The notes: generated by a model not told the origin, from the sequence alone. DNA of 64,000 nt from an uncultured Bdellovibrionales bacterium (GCA_964624415.1 CAZUWR010000001.1:3855-67854), one strand, 5' to 3'; positions 28,919-38,132 are shown, counted from the first letter of the stretch. Made by a program: numbers and translations.

Positions 28919-29488
28919 ATGCCATTTGATGCATTGTTTGAAAGCAAGTCAGATGAGGAAATTGCGGAACTTGTTCCTGATAACAAGGAGTATTTCGGCG
29001 TGATTATCCGTCGGTATGAGGGTAAGTTGATGCGCTATGTAAAACGTATCGGCGGAGGGAGGCAGGAGTCGGTCGAGGATGTCGTGCAGAATATTTTTAT
29101 TAAGGCATACGTAAATATAGAGAGTTTTCGGAAGGGACAGAAGTTCTCGAGCTGGCTATACGGTATCGCCCATAATGAATGTATCGATTACTGGCGTCGG
29201 AATAAGAAACACACCAATATTTCTTTGGATGAAAATGTTGAGTTGGCAGCGGTTTTAGCCTCGAGCGAAGATATCGAGCACGATCTTTTTGTGAAAGAAG
29301 AAGGCTTGCTGGTAAGGAAGGCGCTTGATCAGTTGCCGGTGAAATTCAAAGAAGTGCTGGTATTGCGGTACTTGGAAGATAAGGATTATCAGGAGATAAG
29401 CGATATTCTCAAAAAACCGGTTTCAACGGTCGGCACGCTTATTCATCGGGCGAAGGCTTTGCTTAAGCAACTTATCAAGAATACGTAA
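28919..29488 (+). CDS. ECF (group 4) RNA polymerase sigma factor
   Basis: region 2 (FIKAYVNIESFRKGQKFSSWLYGIAHNECIDYWRR) and region 4 helix-turn-helix (YQEISDILKKPVSTVGTLIHRAK). Confidence 0.8.
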   Translation: MPFDALFESKSDEEIAELVPDNKEYFGVIIRRYEGKLMRYVKRIGGGRQESVEDVVQNIFIKAYVNIESFRKGQKFSSWLYGIAHNECIDYWRRNKKHTNISLDENVELAAVLASSEDIEHDLFVKEEGLLVRKALDQLPVKFKEVLVLRYLEDKDYQEISDILKKPVSTVGTLIHRAKALLKQLIKNT

Positions 29489-29941
29489 ATGGACCTCGAA
29501 CACAAGATACTGCAAAAAATCGAAAAGGAAAATATCCGCACTCGGTCACGGTGGTTTTTTTATGGAAAAGATGGTGGTAAAATCGCTATCGCGCTTATTT
29601 TGATTGCTGTCTCAGCCATATTTTGCGGGATATCGATTGCCTTGACCGTTCATCTGGCCAGGGAGATTTCTTTCGCGAATTTTCCGTACAGTTTGGTCAT
29701 ATTCTCTATGATTGCGGCATTTTTAGCTTATGAATCATTCGTTCGATCATTTTCTTTTTATAAAACGCAGATATCATTCGGTGTCGCGATTTTGTGTTTG
29801 ATCACATTCTCATTCGGATATGCTTTATTCACTTTCGGCCACGCAGAGCGATTGGAGCGGCGATTTCAGCATTCACCCGTTTATCATCGGGCGGTACCGC
29901 ATTCATTTCCGGAACACGAGCGATTTGAGAGAAGGGATTGA
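29489..29941 (+). CDS. putative anti-sigma factor (membrane protein, translationally coupled to the ECF sigma)
   Basis: ATG immediately follows the sigma stop codon; 3 TM helices; assigned by position only. Confidence 0.35.
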   Translation: MDLEHKILQKIEKENIRTRSRWFFYGKDGGKIAIALILIAVSAIFCGISIALTVHLAREISFANFPYSLVIFSMIAAFLAYESFVRSFSFYKTQISFGVAILCLITFSFGYALFTFGHAERLERRFQHSPVYHRAVPHSFPEHERFERRD

Positions 29942-29998
29942 ATTTGGTATACTGAAAAAAGAATACGACGGTTTCAACTAGCAATATAAAATACTTCT

Positions 29999-30394
29999 AT
30001 GGCAAATATACAAGCGCGTCTTTTATTAACCCTTATCACTTTGGTAGCATTTACGGGGCCGTTTATCGGCGTTATGATCCTTGAGAATGTGAAGCGTGAT
30101 ACTAAATTGATCGCCAATCAGGAAGCAGTCGCATCCGTGAAAAAAGATACTGATGCGGCTCGGTATGAGTATTATTTGGGTATAGCAGAGCAGCGGGAAG
30201 TGCTTCGGAAATCGATGGCGGATGCGAAAACCGAGTATGATAAGCTCATTTCCGACCAACCCCAGCTGGTTAAAGACAACCAAAAAACTGTGACTCAGAC
30301 GACGACGGTACCGGTAGTGACACAAAAGGTGACAAGCGTTCCCGTGACAACCTATAGCGCGCCAAAGAGCTCCACCAAGACGAAGACTTCATAA
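29999..30394 (+). CDS. hypothetical membrane-anchored protein with Thr/Val-rich tail
   Basis: N-terminal TM helix, coiled-coil-like middle, TTVPVVTQKVTSVPVTT tail. Confidence 0.35.
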   Translation: MANIQARLLLTLITLVAFTGPFIGVMILENVKRDTKLIANQEAVASVKKDTDAARYEYYLGIAEQREVLRKSMADAKTEYDKLISDQPQLVKDNQKTVTQTTTVPVVTQKVTSVPVTTYSAPKSSTKTKTS

Positions 30395-30402
30395 AGATAC
30401 CT

Positions 30403-30912
30403 ATGATGATGCCTATGCGATTTTCATTGAAAGCATTTCTTTTTTTCGTAAGCGCCTCGATACTGGGTGTTGTTTCGGGTAATTTTGTGTCGAAATCTTT
30501 GTGGTATCAAGGCCCGGTCGTTTCCGTGGCATCGGCTGAAGATGATGAGTATGAAAATGAAAGTGATGATGATAATCGTTCGTCATCTTCCGGTACGTCG
30601 ACATCAGGCTCGAAAGCTACAGCGACAACTACGATGAAGCAAGTGGTACAGAATGTCACGACGTATAAGCAGGTCACCACAACCACAGAGGTTACTCCTG
30701 AAGAATATCAGAGGGATACGGATGGCGATGGGCTAGTGGATGCCATTGATCCCAATCCTTCCGTCAAGCAGAATGAGTTTTTTACTGATATTGATGGAGA
30801 TGGTGTCCCAAATGCCTTCGATAAGCACCATGATGAGGATGATTTTGCGTTTTTTGATGATATGGATACCGATACAAATAACAACGGCATACTCGATTCG
30901 TATGAGCAGTAA
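30403..30912 (+). CDS. secreted protein with thrombospondin-type-3-like calcium-binding Asp repeats
   Basis: signal peptide; repeats DTDGDGLVDAIDPNP and DIDGDGVPNAFDKHHDEDD (DxDxDG); acidic. Confidence 0.4.
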   Translation: MMMPMRFSLKAFLFFVSASILGVVSGNFVSKSLWYQGPVVSVASAEDDEYENESDDDNRSSSSGTSTSGSKATATTTMKQVVQNVTTYKQVTTTTEVTPEEYQRDTDGDGLVDAIDPNPSVKQNEFFTDIDGDGVPNAFDKHHDEDDFAFFDDMDTDTNNNGILDSYEQ

Positions 30913-30929
30913 TGGGTGAGTAATATTGT

Positions 30930-31856
30930 ATGGATGAATGGACGAGTGTCAGAAAAGAAGTGTTTGGGGATATTATGAACACGGACATTGTCTGTGAAAT
31001 TATGTGTATGAGGGGCGATGAGGACCAGGCCAAGCTTCTACTGGAAGAAACTTTCACGATGTTTCGTGATTTCGAGTCGCGGTATAGCCGATTTGTCAAG
31101 GAGAATGAATTGTGGCAGCTCAATATCAGCGAAAAAATAGCGGTTTCCGAGGAATTGTTCGAGATATTGCGTGAGGCGAAGCGGTATTATGAGATGACAG
31201 GAGGTATTTTTGATCCCAGTATACTGCAAGCGCTCGAGTCTTCCGGGTATGTTGGCGCGTACGATAGCCATTTTTTCTCTCAAGAACAGTGCGATTTTTC
31301 GCAAGTCATACTCGATGAATCAAAACTAATTATAACAAAACCCAAAAACCTGATGATTGATTTGGGGGGTATTGGTAAAGGATTCATAGTAGATAAGGCC
31401 GCACGCTTTCTTGGTACGCATTTTGAAAACGTGTTGGTTGATGCAGGTGGGGACATTGCGGTGCGAGGAGTGAATGTCAAGGAAGGGTATGCCTATTGGG
31501 CTGTTGATATTGAAGATCCAGAGCATCCGGAAGGATCCGTAGCGCTGCTTCTTTTGAAAGACTGCGCTGTGGCGACATCCGGCAGGAACCGCAAACGCTG
31601 GGTACAGGATGGTCGGACAAAGCATCATATTATCGATCCAGCGACCGGAGTGAGTGCTTCAGAGGAACTGCTCTCAGTGAGCGTCATCGCTCCGAACGCT
31701 ATAGAAGCCGATGTGTTTGCTAAGACGCTGTTTATCGCCGGCAAAGAAAAAGGGATGGCGATGGCCGAAGATTTGAAACTGCCGGCTGTATTCATCGACA
31801 AGGAAGGTCTGGTCACACGTAATCATTATACACAAACCTATGTTTGGAAACCGTAA
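30930..31856 (+). CDS. apbE: FAD:protein FMN transferase (ApbE family)
   Basis: ApbE signature DLGGIGKGFIVDKAA and a conserved C-terminal region. Confidence 0.7.
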   Translation: MDEWTSVRKEVFGDIMNTDIVCEIMCMRGDEDQAKLLLEETFTMFRDFESRYSRFVKENELWQLNISEKIAVSEELFEILREAKRYYEMTGGIFDPSILQALESSGYVGAYDSHFFSQEQCDFSQVILDESKLIITKPKNLMIDLGGIGKGFIVDKAARFLGTHFENVLVDAGGDIAVRGVNVKEGYAYWAVDIEDPEHPEGSVALLLLKDCAVATSGRNRKRWVQDGRTKHHIIDPATGVSASEELLSVSVIAPNAIEADVFAKTLFIAGKEKGMAMAEDLKLPAVFIDKEGLVTRNHYTQTYVWKP

Positions 31857-32295
31857 TATTTTTTCTTTAAGTTCACATTTACTCATTATTGCGGCAGTGT
31901 TTGCGATGAGCACATGTACGACGCATGCCGCACTCAAAGATAGCGATGTGGACGGTATCACCGATGAGGCGGAAACCGCCACCTATAACACCAATCCGCA
32001 GAAAAGCGATACGGACGGTGATGGTTTTGATGATGGATATGAGGTGGTCAACCACACTGATCCGCTCGATGCAAAAAGCACGCCGTTTGCGGTACCGGAA
32101 ACTTCTTCCGGCGTGGTTCGCATCGCGCATTCCATACCGAACACGTGGCTGCTGGGTATACTTGGCGGAATGACAGTCATAGTTTTGCTCTCAGTGATGT
32201 TGCTGAGGCGTTTTCGCCCTCAAACGGAATCAGCTGTAGCGGCGCCAACACCAATACCATCGGTATCGGCATCGACACCACCCACTGTACAATAG
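31840..32295 (+). CDS. secreted/anchored protein with TSP3-like Asp repeats and C-terminal TM helix
   Basis: signal peptide; DSDVDGITDEAE and SDTDGDGFDDGYE repeats; C-terminal TM helix and RRFR stop-transfer. Confidence 0.4.
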   Translation: MFGNRNIFSLSSHLLIIAAVFAMSTCTTHAALKDSDVDGITDEAETATYNTNPQKSDTDGDGFDDGYEVVNHTDPLDAKSTPFAVPETSSGVVRIAHSIPNTWLLGILGGMTVIVLLSVMLLRRFRPQTESAVAAPTPIPSVSASTPPTVQ

Positions 32296-32359
32296 GACTC
32301 TTTGTATCGGCGTGATATACTAAACGAGTCAATAATTCATATATAATAGAGTTACATTT

Positions 32360-32635
32360 ATGGAAAAGAAAAATGTGGGAAAATGCGATCGAATGATACG
32401 CATCGTAGTCGGTATCGTATTGATTGTTCTGGCATTCAATGTGCTCAAAGGATTATTCTCAGCGCTCGCTTATCTGGTGGCGGCAATCGTTTTGGTGACC
32501 GGCTTGGCAAGGTACTGCCCGATGTATAGGGTTTTTGGTTGTGACTCAACTAAGTGCTGCTGCAAGATGTGCGGATCGTGCAAGAATGAGAATAAAGATG
32601 TATCGGTAGAGGAAGAGAAGAAAATGCAGGAGTAA
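32360..32635 (+). CDS. DUF2892 (YgaP-like) membrane protein with Cys-rich tail
   Basis: GKCDRMIRIVVG...LVTGLARYCPMYRVFG matches the YgaP transmembrane-domain motif; CCCKMCGSC tail. Confidence 0.45.
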   Translation: MEKKNVGKCDRMIRIVVGIVLIVLAFNVLKGLFSALAYLVAAIVLVTGLARYCPMYRVFGCDSTKCCCKMCGSCKNENKDVSVEEEKKMQE

Positions 32636-32795
32636 TGTGTCTGATATAAGTAACCATCTATAATCTTTTCGTTTTTTGCTTTTGTATAGTGTTCTTTCGA
32701 ACTGCCGGGTCAAAGACGAAAGGTGAGAAAAAATACTATCAAAAGCCAAAAAACCAAGAGGTAGAAGATTTTGAACAGTTGCTAAGAGTATTATT

Positions 32796-33146
32796 ATGAA
32801 AAAATACACGGGCAGTTGCCACTGCGGAGCAGTTCGATATGAGGTTGAAACGGATCTGGCAAAGGTTATCTCCTGCAATTGTTCGCATTGTCATAAGAAA
32901 GGATTTCTGCTTCATTTTGTGCCTGCGACGCAGTTCATCCTGCTTTCCGGGGAAGAGAATCTGACGGATTATCGGTTCAATACCGAAAAGATTGCGCACT
33001 TGTTTTGCAAGACATGCGGGGTGCAGTCATTTGGAAGAGGCGCGGGCAAGGATGGCGTGCCTATGGTGGCGGTAAACGCGCGTTGTCTGGATAATGTAGA
33101 TACCGACACACTGGAAGTCACTAAGGTGGATGGCAAGAGTATGTGA
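32796..33146 (+). CDS. GFA-family (glutathione-dependent formaldehyde-activating / CENP-V-like) zinc protein
   Basis: cysteine pattern CHCGAV...CNCSHC...CKTCG characteristic of the GFA domain. Confidence 0.65.
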   Translation: MKKYTGSCHCGAVRYEVETDLAKVISCNCSHCHKKGFLLHFVPATQFILLSGEENLTDYRFNTEKIAHLFCKTCGVQSFGRGAGKDGVPMVAVNARCLDNVDTDTLEVTKVDGKSM

Positions 33147-33148
33147 CC

Positions 33149-33244
33149 TTGACAAAAGTCAATTATGGGTGTATAAAGAAATGTCTTATCAGTGAGATGC
33201 CTTACTGATCGAAAGACCAATGAAATTGAAATGAGGAGAAAAAG
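33149..33244 (+). promoter_or_regulatory. promoter-plus-leader cassette, copy A (consensus sigma-70 promoter, hairpin, strong SD)
   Basis: TTGACA, 17 nt, TATAAA, then ATCAGTGA...ACTGAT hairpin, GAAAGACCAATGAA and a GAGGAG SD; about 80 percent identical to 34172..34261. Confidence 0.5.
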
Positions 33245-33415
33245 ATGGCCCTGTTACCGTATCCCATTGAGTGTCTTATTTGTAAATACATGAAAATGGA
33301 GGATCCTTGCCCTAGGTGTAAGGGCGAGCGTTCAGAAGATCGAGAACCTTCTGATGTCGAGATACAAAAACAACTCTTTGAACAGGATGTTGAGGAGGTT
33401 GCACAAAATTGTTAA
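33245..33415 (+). CDS. small 4-Cys zinc-ribbon protein (56 aa) with acidic C-terminus
   Basis: CLIC and CPRC pairs; GAGGAG SD 7 nt upstream; below the ORF-track cutoff; driven by cassette copy A. Confidence 0.4.
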   Translation: MALLPYPIECLICKYMKMEDPCPRCKGERSEDREPSDVEIQKQLFEQDVEEVAQNC

Positions 33416-33457
33416 AAGGGTTCGCGTCGGAAGGTATATGCCATTCGACGCGCTTTT

Positions 33458-34168
33458 TTATTCCCGGATACTGATGGAATCGAGATAGGGAAGCATTGTT
33501 TTTCGGATGGCATGCAGGTCGAGCTTATGTGTACCGATACGCTCGCGGAGGGTTTCGTCGGCAATTTTGAGCGGGCGGAAAGCCTGGAGGACATAGCTTT
33601 CGGCGCCGGCGATCCACTGCGCGATATCGAGGAAATCTTCGGGCGTGTGGATGCTGGGGACGACGGTGGTACGAAATTCATACGGCATACCGGAGGACAT
33701 CAGCAGTTTCACGGACTTCTCGAAGCGTTTGATGGGGATGGATGTGACACCGGATGCGAGCGGATACTTTTTTTGGCTGTGCTTGATATCCATCGCCCAA
33801 AAGTCCACCAAACCCGTGGCGAGGAGCGCTTCCACCTTGTCGGGGAAGATGCCGTTGGTATCGAGCTTGACGAGAAAGCCAAGGTCTTTGACACGGCGGA
33901 TGAAGTCGAGCAGGTCGGCGTGCAAGGTGGGCTCGCCGCCGGTAATGACCACGCCCTCGAGCAGTCCTTGGCGGGTCGCGAGAAATTCGAAAAACTCCTC
34001 TTCGCGATTGACGGTGAACAATTCCGAGGGACTGCCCGGGACGGCAGTGATGAGCTCGGGGTTGTGGCAATAGGGGCAACGAAGCGCGCAACCGGGCGTG
34101 AACACGATAGTGGCCAAGTGATCAGGGTAGTCGATAAGGGTGAGCGGTTCGAAGCCAGCGATACGCAT
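33458..34168 (-). CDS. nrdG: anaerobic ribonucleoside-triphosphate reductase activating protein (radical SAM)
   Basis: GCALRCPYCHNPEL radical-SAM cluster motif of the NrdG/PflA activase type; adjacent to nrdD. Confidence 0.75.
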   Translation of the reverse strand: MRIAGFEPLTLIDYPDHLATIVFTPGCALRCPYCHNPELITAVPGSPSELFTVNREEEFFEFLATRQGLLEGVVITGGEPTLHADLLDFIRRVKDLGFLVKLDTNGIFPDKVEALLATGLVDFWAMDIKHSQKKYPLASGVTSIPIKRFEKSVKLLMSSGMPYEFRTTVVPSIHTPEDFLDIAQWIAGAESYVLQAFRPLKIADETLRERIGTHKLDLHAIRKTMLPYLDSISIRE

Positions 34169-34171
34169 AGG

Positions 34172-34261
34172 ATTGACAAAAGTCGGTTACGGGTGTATAA
34201 TACGGTGTCTTATCAGTGAGGAATCTGACTGAGGAAAGACCAATGAACGAGGAGAGTACAA
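34172..34261 (+). promoter_or_regulatory. promoter-plus-leader cassette, copy B
   Basis: TTGACA, 17 nt, TATAAT, then CAGTGAGG...CTGACTGAGG hairpin, GAAAGACCAATGAA and a GAGGAG SD; paralogue of 33149..33244. Confidence 0.5.
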
Positions 34262-34630
34262 ATGAATATAGCTTTTTTACAAGTACCAGAGATTGACGAT
34301 TTGGCCGCTTTTGAGGATTGGCTCAAAGGAGAGGGGTATTTTCTCTCACAGATAGCTATAGAAGCCACTGTGAAAGAAATGATAGAGATCGAGCATACAC
34401 CGTGTATCGTCGTGTCAGTAGATGATATTAGTTTAGATCCTAGTTTACTAGTGCTAGACTGTCACAATCAAAGATTTATTATTTGGAGCACTCTCGAAAA
34501 TGAACTTGCGAATATTTCTGATATGTTTGGCTACTCTTATTGGGTGGCGGTGAATGTGGAAAATCAAGAACAGGATCCTTTAACTGAATCAGATGATAAG
34601 GATGATTTGGAAAATTATCTTTGGAATTGA
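34262..34630 (+). CDS. hypothetical acidic protein (122 aa), AT-rich, lying between nrdD and nrdG on the opposite strand
   Basis: ORF with a strong SD driven by cassette copy B; no family recognised. Confidence 0.4.
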   Translation: MNIAFLQVPEIDDLAAFEDWLKGEGYFLSQIAIEATVKEMIEIEHTPCIVVSVDDISLDPSLLVLDCHNQRFIIWSTLENELANISDMFGYSYWVAVNVENQEQDPLTESDDKDDLENYLWN

Positions 34631-34686
34631 CGCCCGCGCGCCGGAGAGAGGTTAGCAACCTTTCTCCCGGCGCTGTTTTTTTATCC

Positions 34687-36900
34687 TCACATCCGTGTCG
34701 CTTCCGCAGTGGCGAGAGAGATGTCCGAGACATACTCATTGCGATCGCCATACTCGGCGCGCTTGCCATTGTTCCACTGCTCGACGGGGCGGATATAGCC
34801 CACGACGCGTGAGTAGACTTCGGCTGGGCGCTCGCAGTGCGGGCAGATCGGTTGTTCGCCGGTCAAGTAGCCGTGCTCGGCGCAGATGCTGAAGGTCGGT
34901 GTGAGGGTGAAGTATGGCAGACTGTATTTTTCGGTGATAAGCTTGACCAGTTTTTTGGCTGTTTCGATGCCGTTGATTTTCTCTCCCAAAAATCCGTGTA
35001 GCACCGTGCCTCCCGTGTAGAGGGTTTGGAGGCCGTCTTGCAGATCGAGCGCTTCGAAGATATCGCTCGTGTGCCCCACGGGAATATGCGATGAGTTGGT
35101 GTAGTATGGGGCGGTTTGCTCGGATTGTACGGAAGCCTCATTGGCCACGATAATGTCTGGGTGGAATTTCTTGTCCAAAAGAGCGAGGCGATAAGCGGTG
35201 CCTTCGGCCGGTGTGGCTTCGAGGTTGTAGAGATTGCCGGTTTCTTTCTGATAGCCTTCCAGACGCTTGCGCATATGCGTGAGGATTTTTTTCGCGAAGG
35301 CTTGGCCTTTGGCGGTAGTGATATCGACTTGCGCGCCGAGGAGATTTTGGATGGCTTCGTTGGTGCCGACCAAACCGATAGTGCCGAAGTGATTTTGCCA
35401 GTAGGTGCCGAAGCGTTCCTTGATAGCGGAGAGGTAGAATTTGGTGTAGGGGTACAGACCCTTGTCCGTGAGGCGCTCGACGACGGTGCGCTTCATCTCA
35501 AGGCTTGTCTTGGCAAGGTCCATCTGATGGTCGAGTCGCGCGAAGAAGTCTTTTTCACTGGAAGCAAGATAGCCCAGGCGAGGAAGGTTGATGGTCACCA
35601 CACCAATGGAACCGGTGAGGGGATTGGCGCCGAAGAGTCCGCCACCGCGCTTGCGCAGTTCGCGATTATCGAGGCGCAATCGACAACACATACTGCGTGC
35701 ATCATCGGGATGCATATCCGAATTGACGAAGTTGGCGAAGTATGGGATGCCGTATTTGACCGTCATCTCCCACACGGGATTGAAGCTCTTGTCGTCCCAA
35801 TCAAAGTCCTTGGTGATATTGTAGGTCGGAATCGGGAAAGTGAAGATGCGTCCCGAGGCATCGCCTTCTGTCATCACTTCGGCGAAGGCGCGGTTGATCA
35901 TCGCCATTTCTTTGGGAAAATCGGCGTAGGTTTCTTTCTGGACTTCGCCTCCGCGGACGACATGTTCTTTGGCGAGCATCGCGGGCGCGGTGATGTCCAT
36001 CGTGATATTGGAAAACGGTGTCTGGAAGCCGACGCGCGTGGCGACATTCATATTGAACACGAAGGATTGGATGTCTTGCTTGACCTGCGCGTAACTGAGT
36101 TTGTCGTAGCGGATGAACGGGGCGAGCAGGGTGTCGAAACTCGAGAAGGCCTGCGCTCCGGCCACTTCGCCTTGGAGAGTGTAGATGAAATTGACCATCT
36201 GCCCGAGGATGGCGCTGAAGTGTTTGGCGGGTTTGCACGCCACCTTGCCTGGGACACCGGTGAAGCCGCGACGGATAAGGTCTTGCAGATCCCAACCGCA
36301 ACAGTATGCGGCGACGAGCTGCAAATCGTGGATGTGCAGGTCGCCCGATTCGTGCGCTTCGCGGATATCGGCCGTGTAGATGCGATTCATCCAGTACTTG
36401 GCACTGATAGCAGACGAAACATAGTTGTTCAGTCCCTGGAGAGAATAAGCCATATTGGCATTTTCTTTGACCTTCCAGTCGAGATTGCCGAGATAGTTGT
36501 CGATGAGCGAGACAGCATTGTCCAGAGCGGTTTCCGCTTCGCGTGCTTGACGCCTTTGCTCGCGGTAGAGGATGTAGGCTTTGGCGGTTTCTTCGAAGTC
36601 CAGTATCATCAGGACTTTTTCGGTGCAGTCCTGTACATTCTCGATAGTCGGCACAAAGGATTTCTTGGTGGCTTTGTGAAAGGTGCGCGCCTGTTTGTCT
36701 AGGAGTGCGACGACTTTTTTTGAAATACGTCGCGCATCCTTAAGAGATCCTTCCTGAGTAGCTTTGAAAGCCTTGCTGACGGCTTGGGTTATTTTGTCCG
36801 CTTTGAAAGAAACTCTGCGGCCGTCGCGTTTGATGAGGTGTTTGACACAGACGGCTTTGGACGAAACAGTGGCGGACGGCGTGGCGATAGTGCGTGGCAT
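34687..36900 (-). CDS. nrdD: anaerobic ribonucleoside-triphosphate reductase (class III)
   Basis: N-terminal ATP cone (VIKRDGRRVSF), C-terminal CPHC zinc site and glycyl-radical motif SRVVGYIRP; start at MPRTIA (the track extends to 36960). Confidence 0.85.
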   Translation of the reverse strand: MPRTIATPSATVSSKAVCVKHLIKRDGRRVSFKADKITQAVSKAFKATQEGSLKDARRISKKVVALLDKQARTFHKATKKSFVPTIENVQDCTEKVLMILDFEETAKAYILYREQRRQAREAETALDNAVSLIDNYLGNLDWKVKENANMAYSLQGLNNYVSSAISAKYWMNRIYTADIREAHESGDLHIHDLQLVAAYCCGWDLQDLIRRGFTGVPGKVACKPAKHFSAILGQMVNFIYTLQGEVAGAQAFSSFDTLLAPFIRYDKLSYAQVKQDIQSFVFNMNVATRVGFQTPFSNITMDITAPAMLAKEHVVRGGEVQKETYADFPKEMAMINRAFAEVMTEGDASGRIFTFPIPTYNITKDFDWDDKSFNPVWEMTVKYGIPYFANFVNSDMHPDDARSMCCRLRLDNRELRKRGGGLFGANPLTGSIGVVTINLPRLGYLASSEKDFFARLDHQMDLAKTSLEMKRTVVERLTDKGLYPYTKFYLSAIKERFGTYWQNHFGTIGLVGTNEAIQNLLGAQVDITTAKGQAFAKKILTHMRKRLEGYQKETGNLYNLEATPAEGTAYRLALLDKKFHPDIIVANEASVQSEQTAPYYTNSSHIPVGHTSDIFEALDLQDGLQTLYTGGTVLHGFLGEKINGIETAKKLVKLITEKYSLPYFTLTPTFSICAEHGYLTGEQPICPHCERPAEVYSRVVGYIRPVEQWNNGKRAEYGDRNEYVSDISLATAEATRM

Positions 36901-37111
36901 AATTGTGTTTTTATTAGGCAACCTGATGAATAAATTCCCCCAATAAACATTTTTCAACACGACGTCTTGTGGTAAAAAATGAAGAAACGCTACGACAGGT
37001 AGTGGTTTCTGACTCTATTATAGTCCTCTTGAGAAACTGCGCAAGTTTGGCTTTGCAGGGCTTAGGGTGTAAGATGGAAGGGAACTTCGTAACCATTTTT
37101 GTATCAATCAT

Positions 37112-37552
37112 ATGGAGATAAAAGAACTCGGACACATCGTTTTGTACGTGACCAATTTGGCTCGTTTGGCCGATTTTTACCGAGATACCCTAGGGTTTCG
37201 GGAAATCTCCCGCGACCGGCAGACAGCGCTTTTTTCCTCCGGTCGTACGCATCACGAGTTGCTCTTGATCGAAATCGGGGGCGCGCCGAAAAGCAAGCAC
37301 GGCGTCGAGCCCGGACTCTACCATATCGGGCTGAAAATAGGGGATAGCACGGAGAGTGTGAAGCAGGCCTACCAGGAATTGACAGAAAAGGGCGTGACCA
37401 TCGTCGGATCCGCCGATCACAGTGTTACTCACAGCCTCTATATTCTCGATCCTGACGGCAATGAACTGGAACTGTATGCTGATGTGTCCGATGAGTGGAA
37501 AACGAACCCCAAGGCCATTCTGAAACCGACGCAGTACCTTTCTTTGGAATAA
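37112..37552 (+). CDS. VOC-family protein (glyoxalase/bleomycin-resistance/dioxygenase fold)
   Basis: GHIVLYVTNLARLADFYRDTLGF N-terminus typical of the VOC beta-alpha-beta-beta-beta module. Confidence 0.65.
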   Translation: MEIKELGHIVLYVTNLARLADFYRDTLGFREISRDRQTALFSSGRTHHELLLIEIGGAPKSKHGVEPGLYHIGLKIGDSTESVKQAYQELTEKGVTIVGSADHSVTHSLYILDPDGNELELYADVSDEWKTNPKAILKPTQYLSLE

Positions 37553-37556
37553 TCGT

Positions 37557-38132
37557 ATGATTTACACAGAGAAAATACTGCGAGCAATCAAATTCGCTAT
37601 CAAGACGCACGACGTCTATCAGAAGCAGACCCGCAAAGGAAAGGGTATTGCGTATATCACGCATCCTTTGACTGCAGGGATTATCCTCTCGAGCGCTGGT
37701 GCCTCCGAGGATGTGGTGGTGGCGGGGATTTTGCACGATACCATCGAAGATAGTATTTCCGAGAAAAAAGTGACCGAGGCGATGCTTTCAGAGCGATTTG
37801 GTGCGCATGTATCGCAATTGGTCTCAAGCGTAACAGAACACGATAAGGATTTGTCCTGGGATGAACGCAAGCAGGCAGCGCTCGAACATATCACACACTT
37901 TTCGCATGATTCGCTTCTGGTGAAATCGGCGGATATCGTCAGTAATGTGTCCGAGCTTATTGATGATTACGCACGGCATAAGGATGCGGTATTTTCCCGC
38001 TTCAATGCTCCGAAAGAAAAAGTGCTCAGACACCAAATAGCGATTATTGATGCCATTCTTTTGTGTTGGCCGGACAATCCTTTGGCGGCGGACCTGGCAT
38101 ATTTGCAGGATGGCTTGAGGATGATGCAATGA
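37557..38132 (+). CDS. HD-domain hydrolase, RelA/SpoT-type (small alarmone hydrolase-like)
   Basis: YITHPLTAGIIL and GILHDTIEDS motifs match the (p)ppGpp hydrolase HD domain; 191 aa with no synthetase domain. Confidence 0.5.
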   Translation: MIYTEKILRAIKFAIKTHDVYQKQTRKGKGIAYITHPLTAGIILSSAGASEDVVVAGILHDTIEDSISEKKVTEAMLSERFGAHVSQLVSSVTEHDKDLSWDERKQAALEHITHFSHDSLLVKSADIVSNVSELIDDYARHKDAVFSRFNAPKEKVLRHQIAIIDAILLCWPDNPLAADLAYLQDGLRMMQ

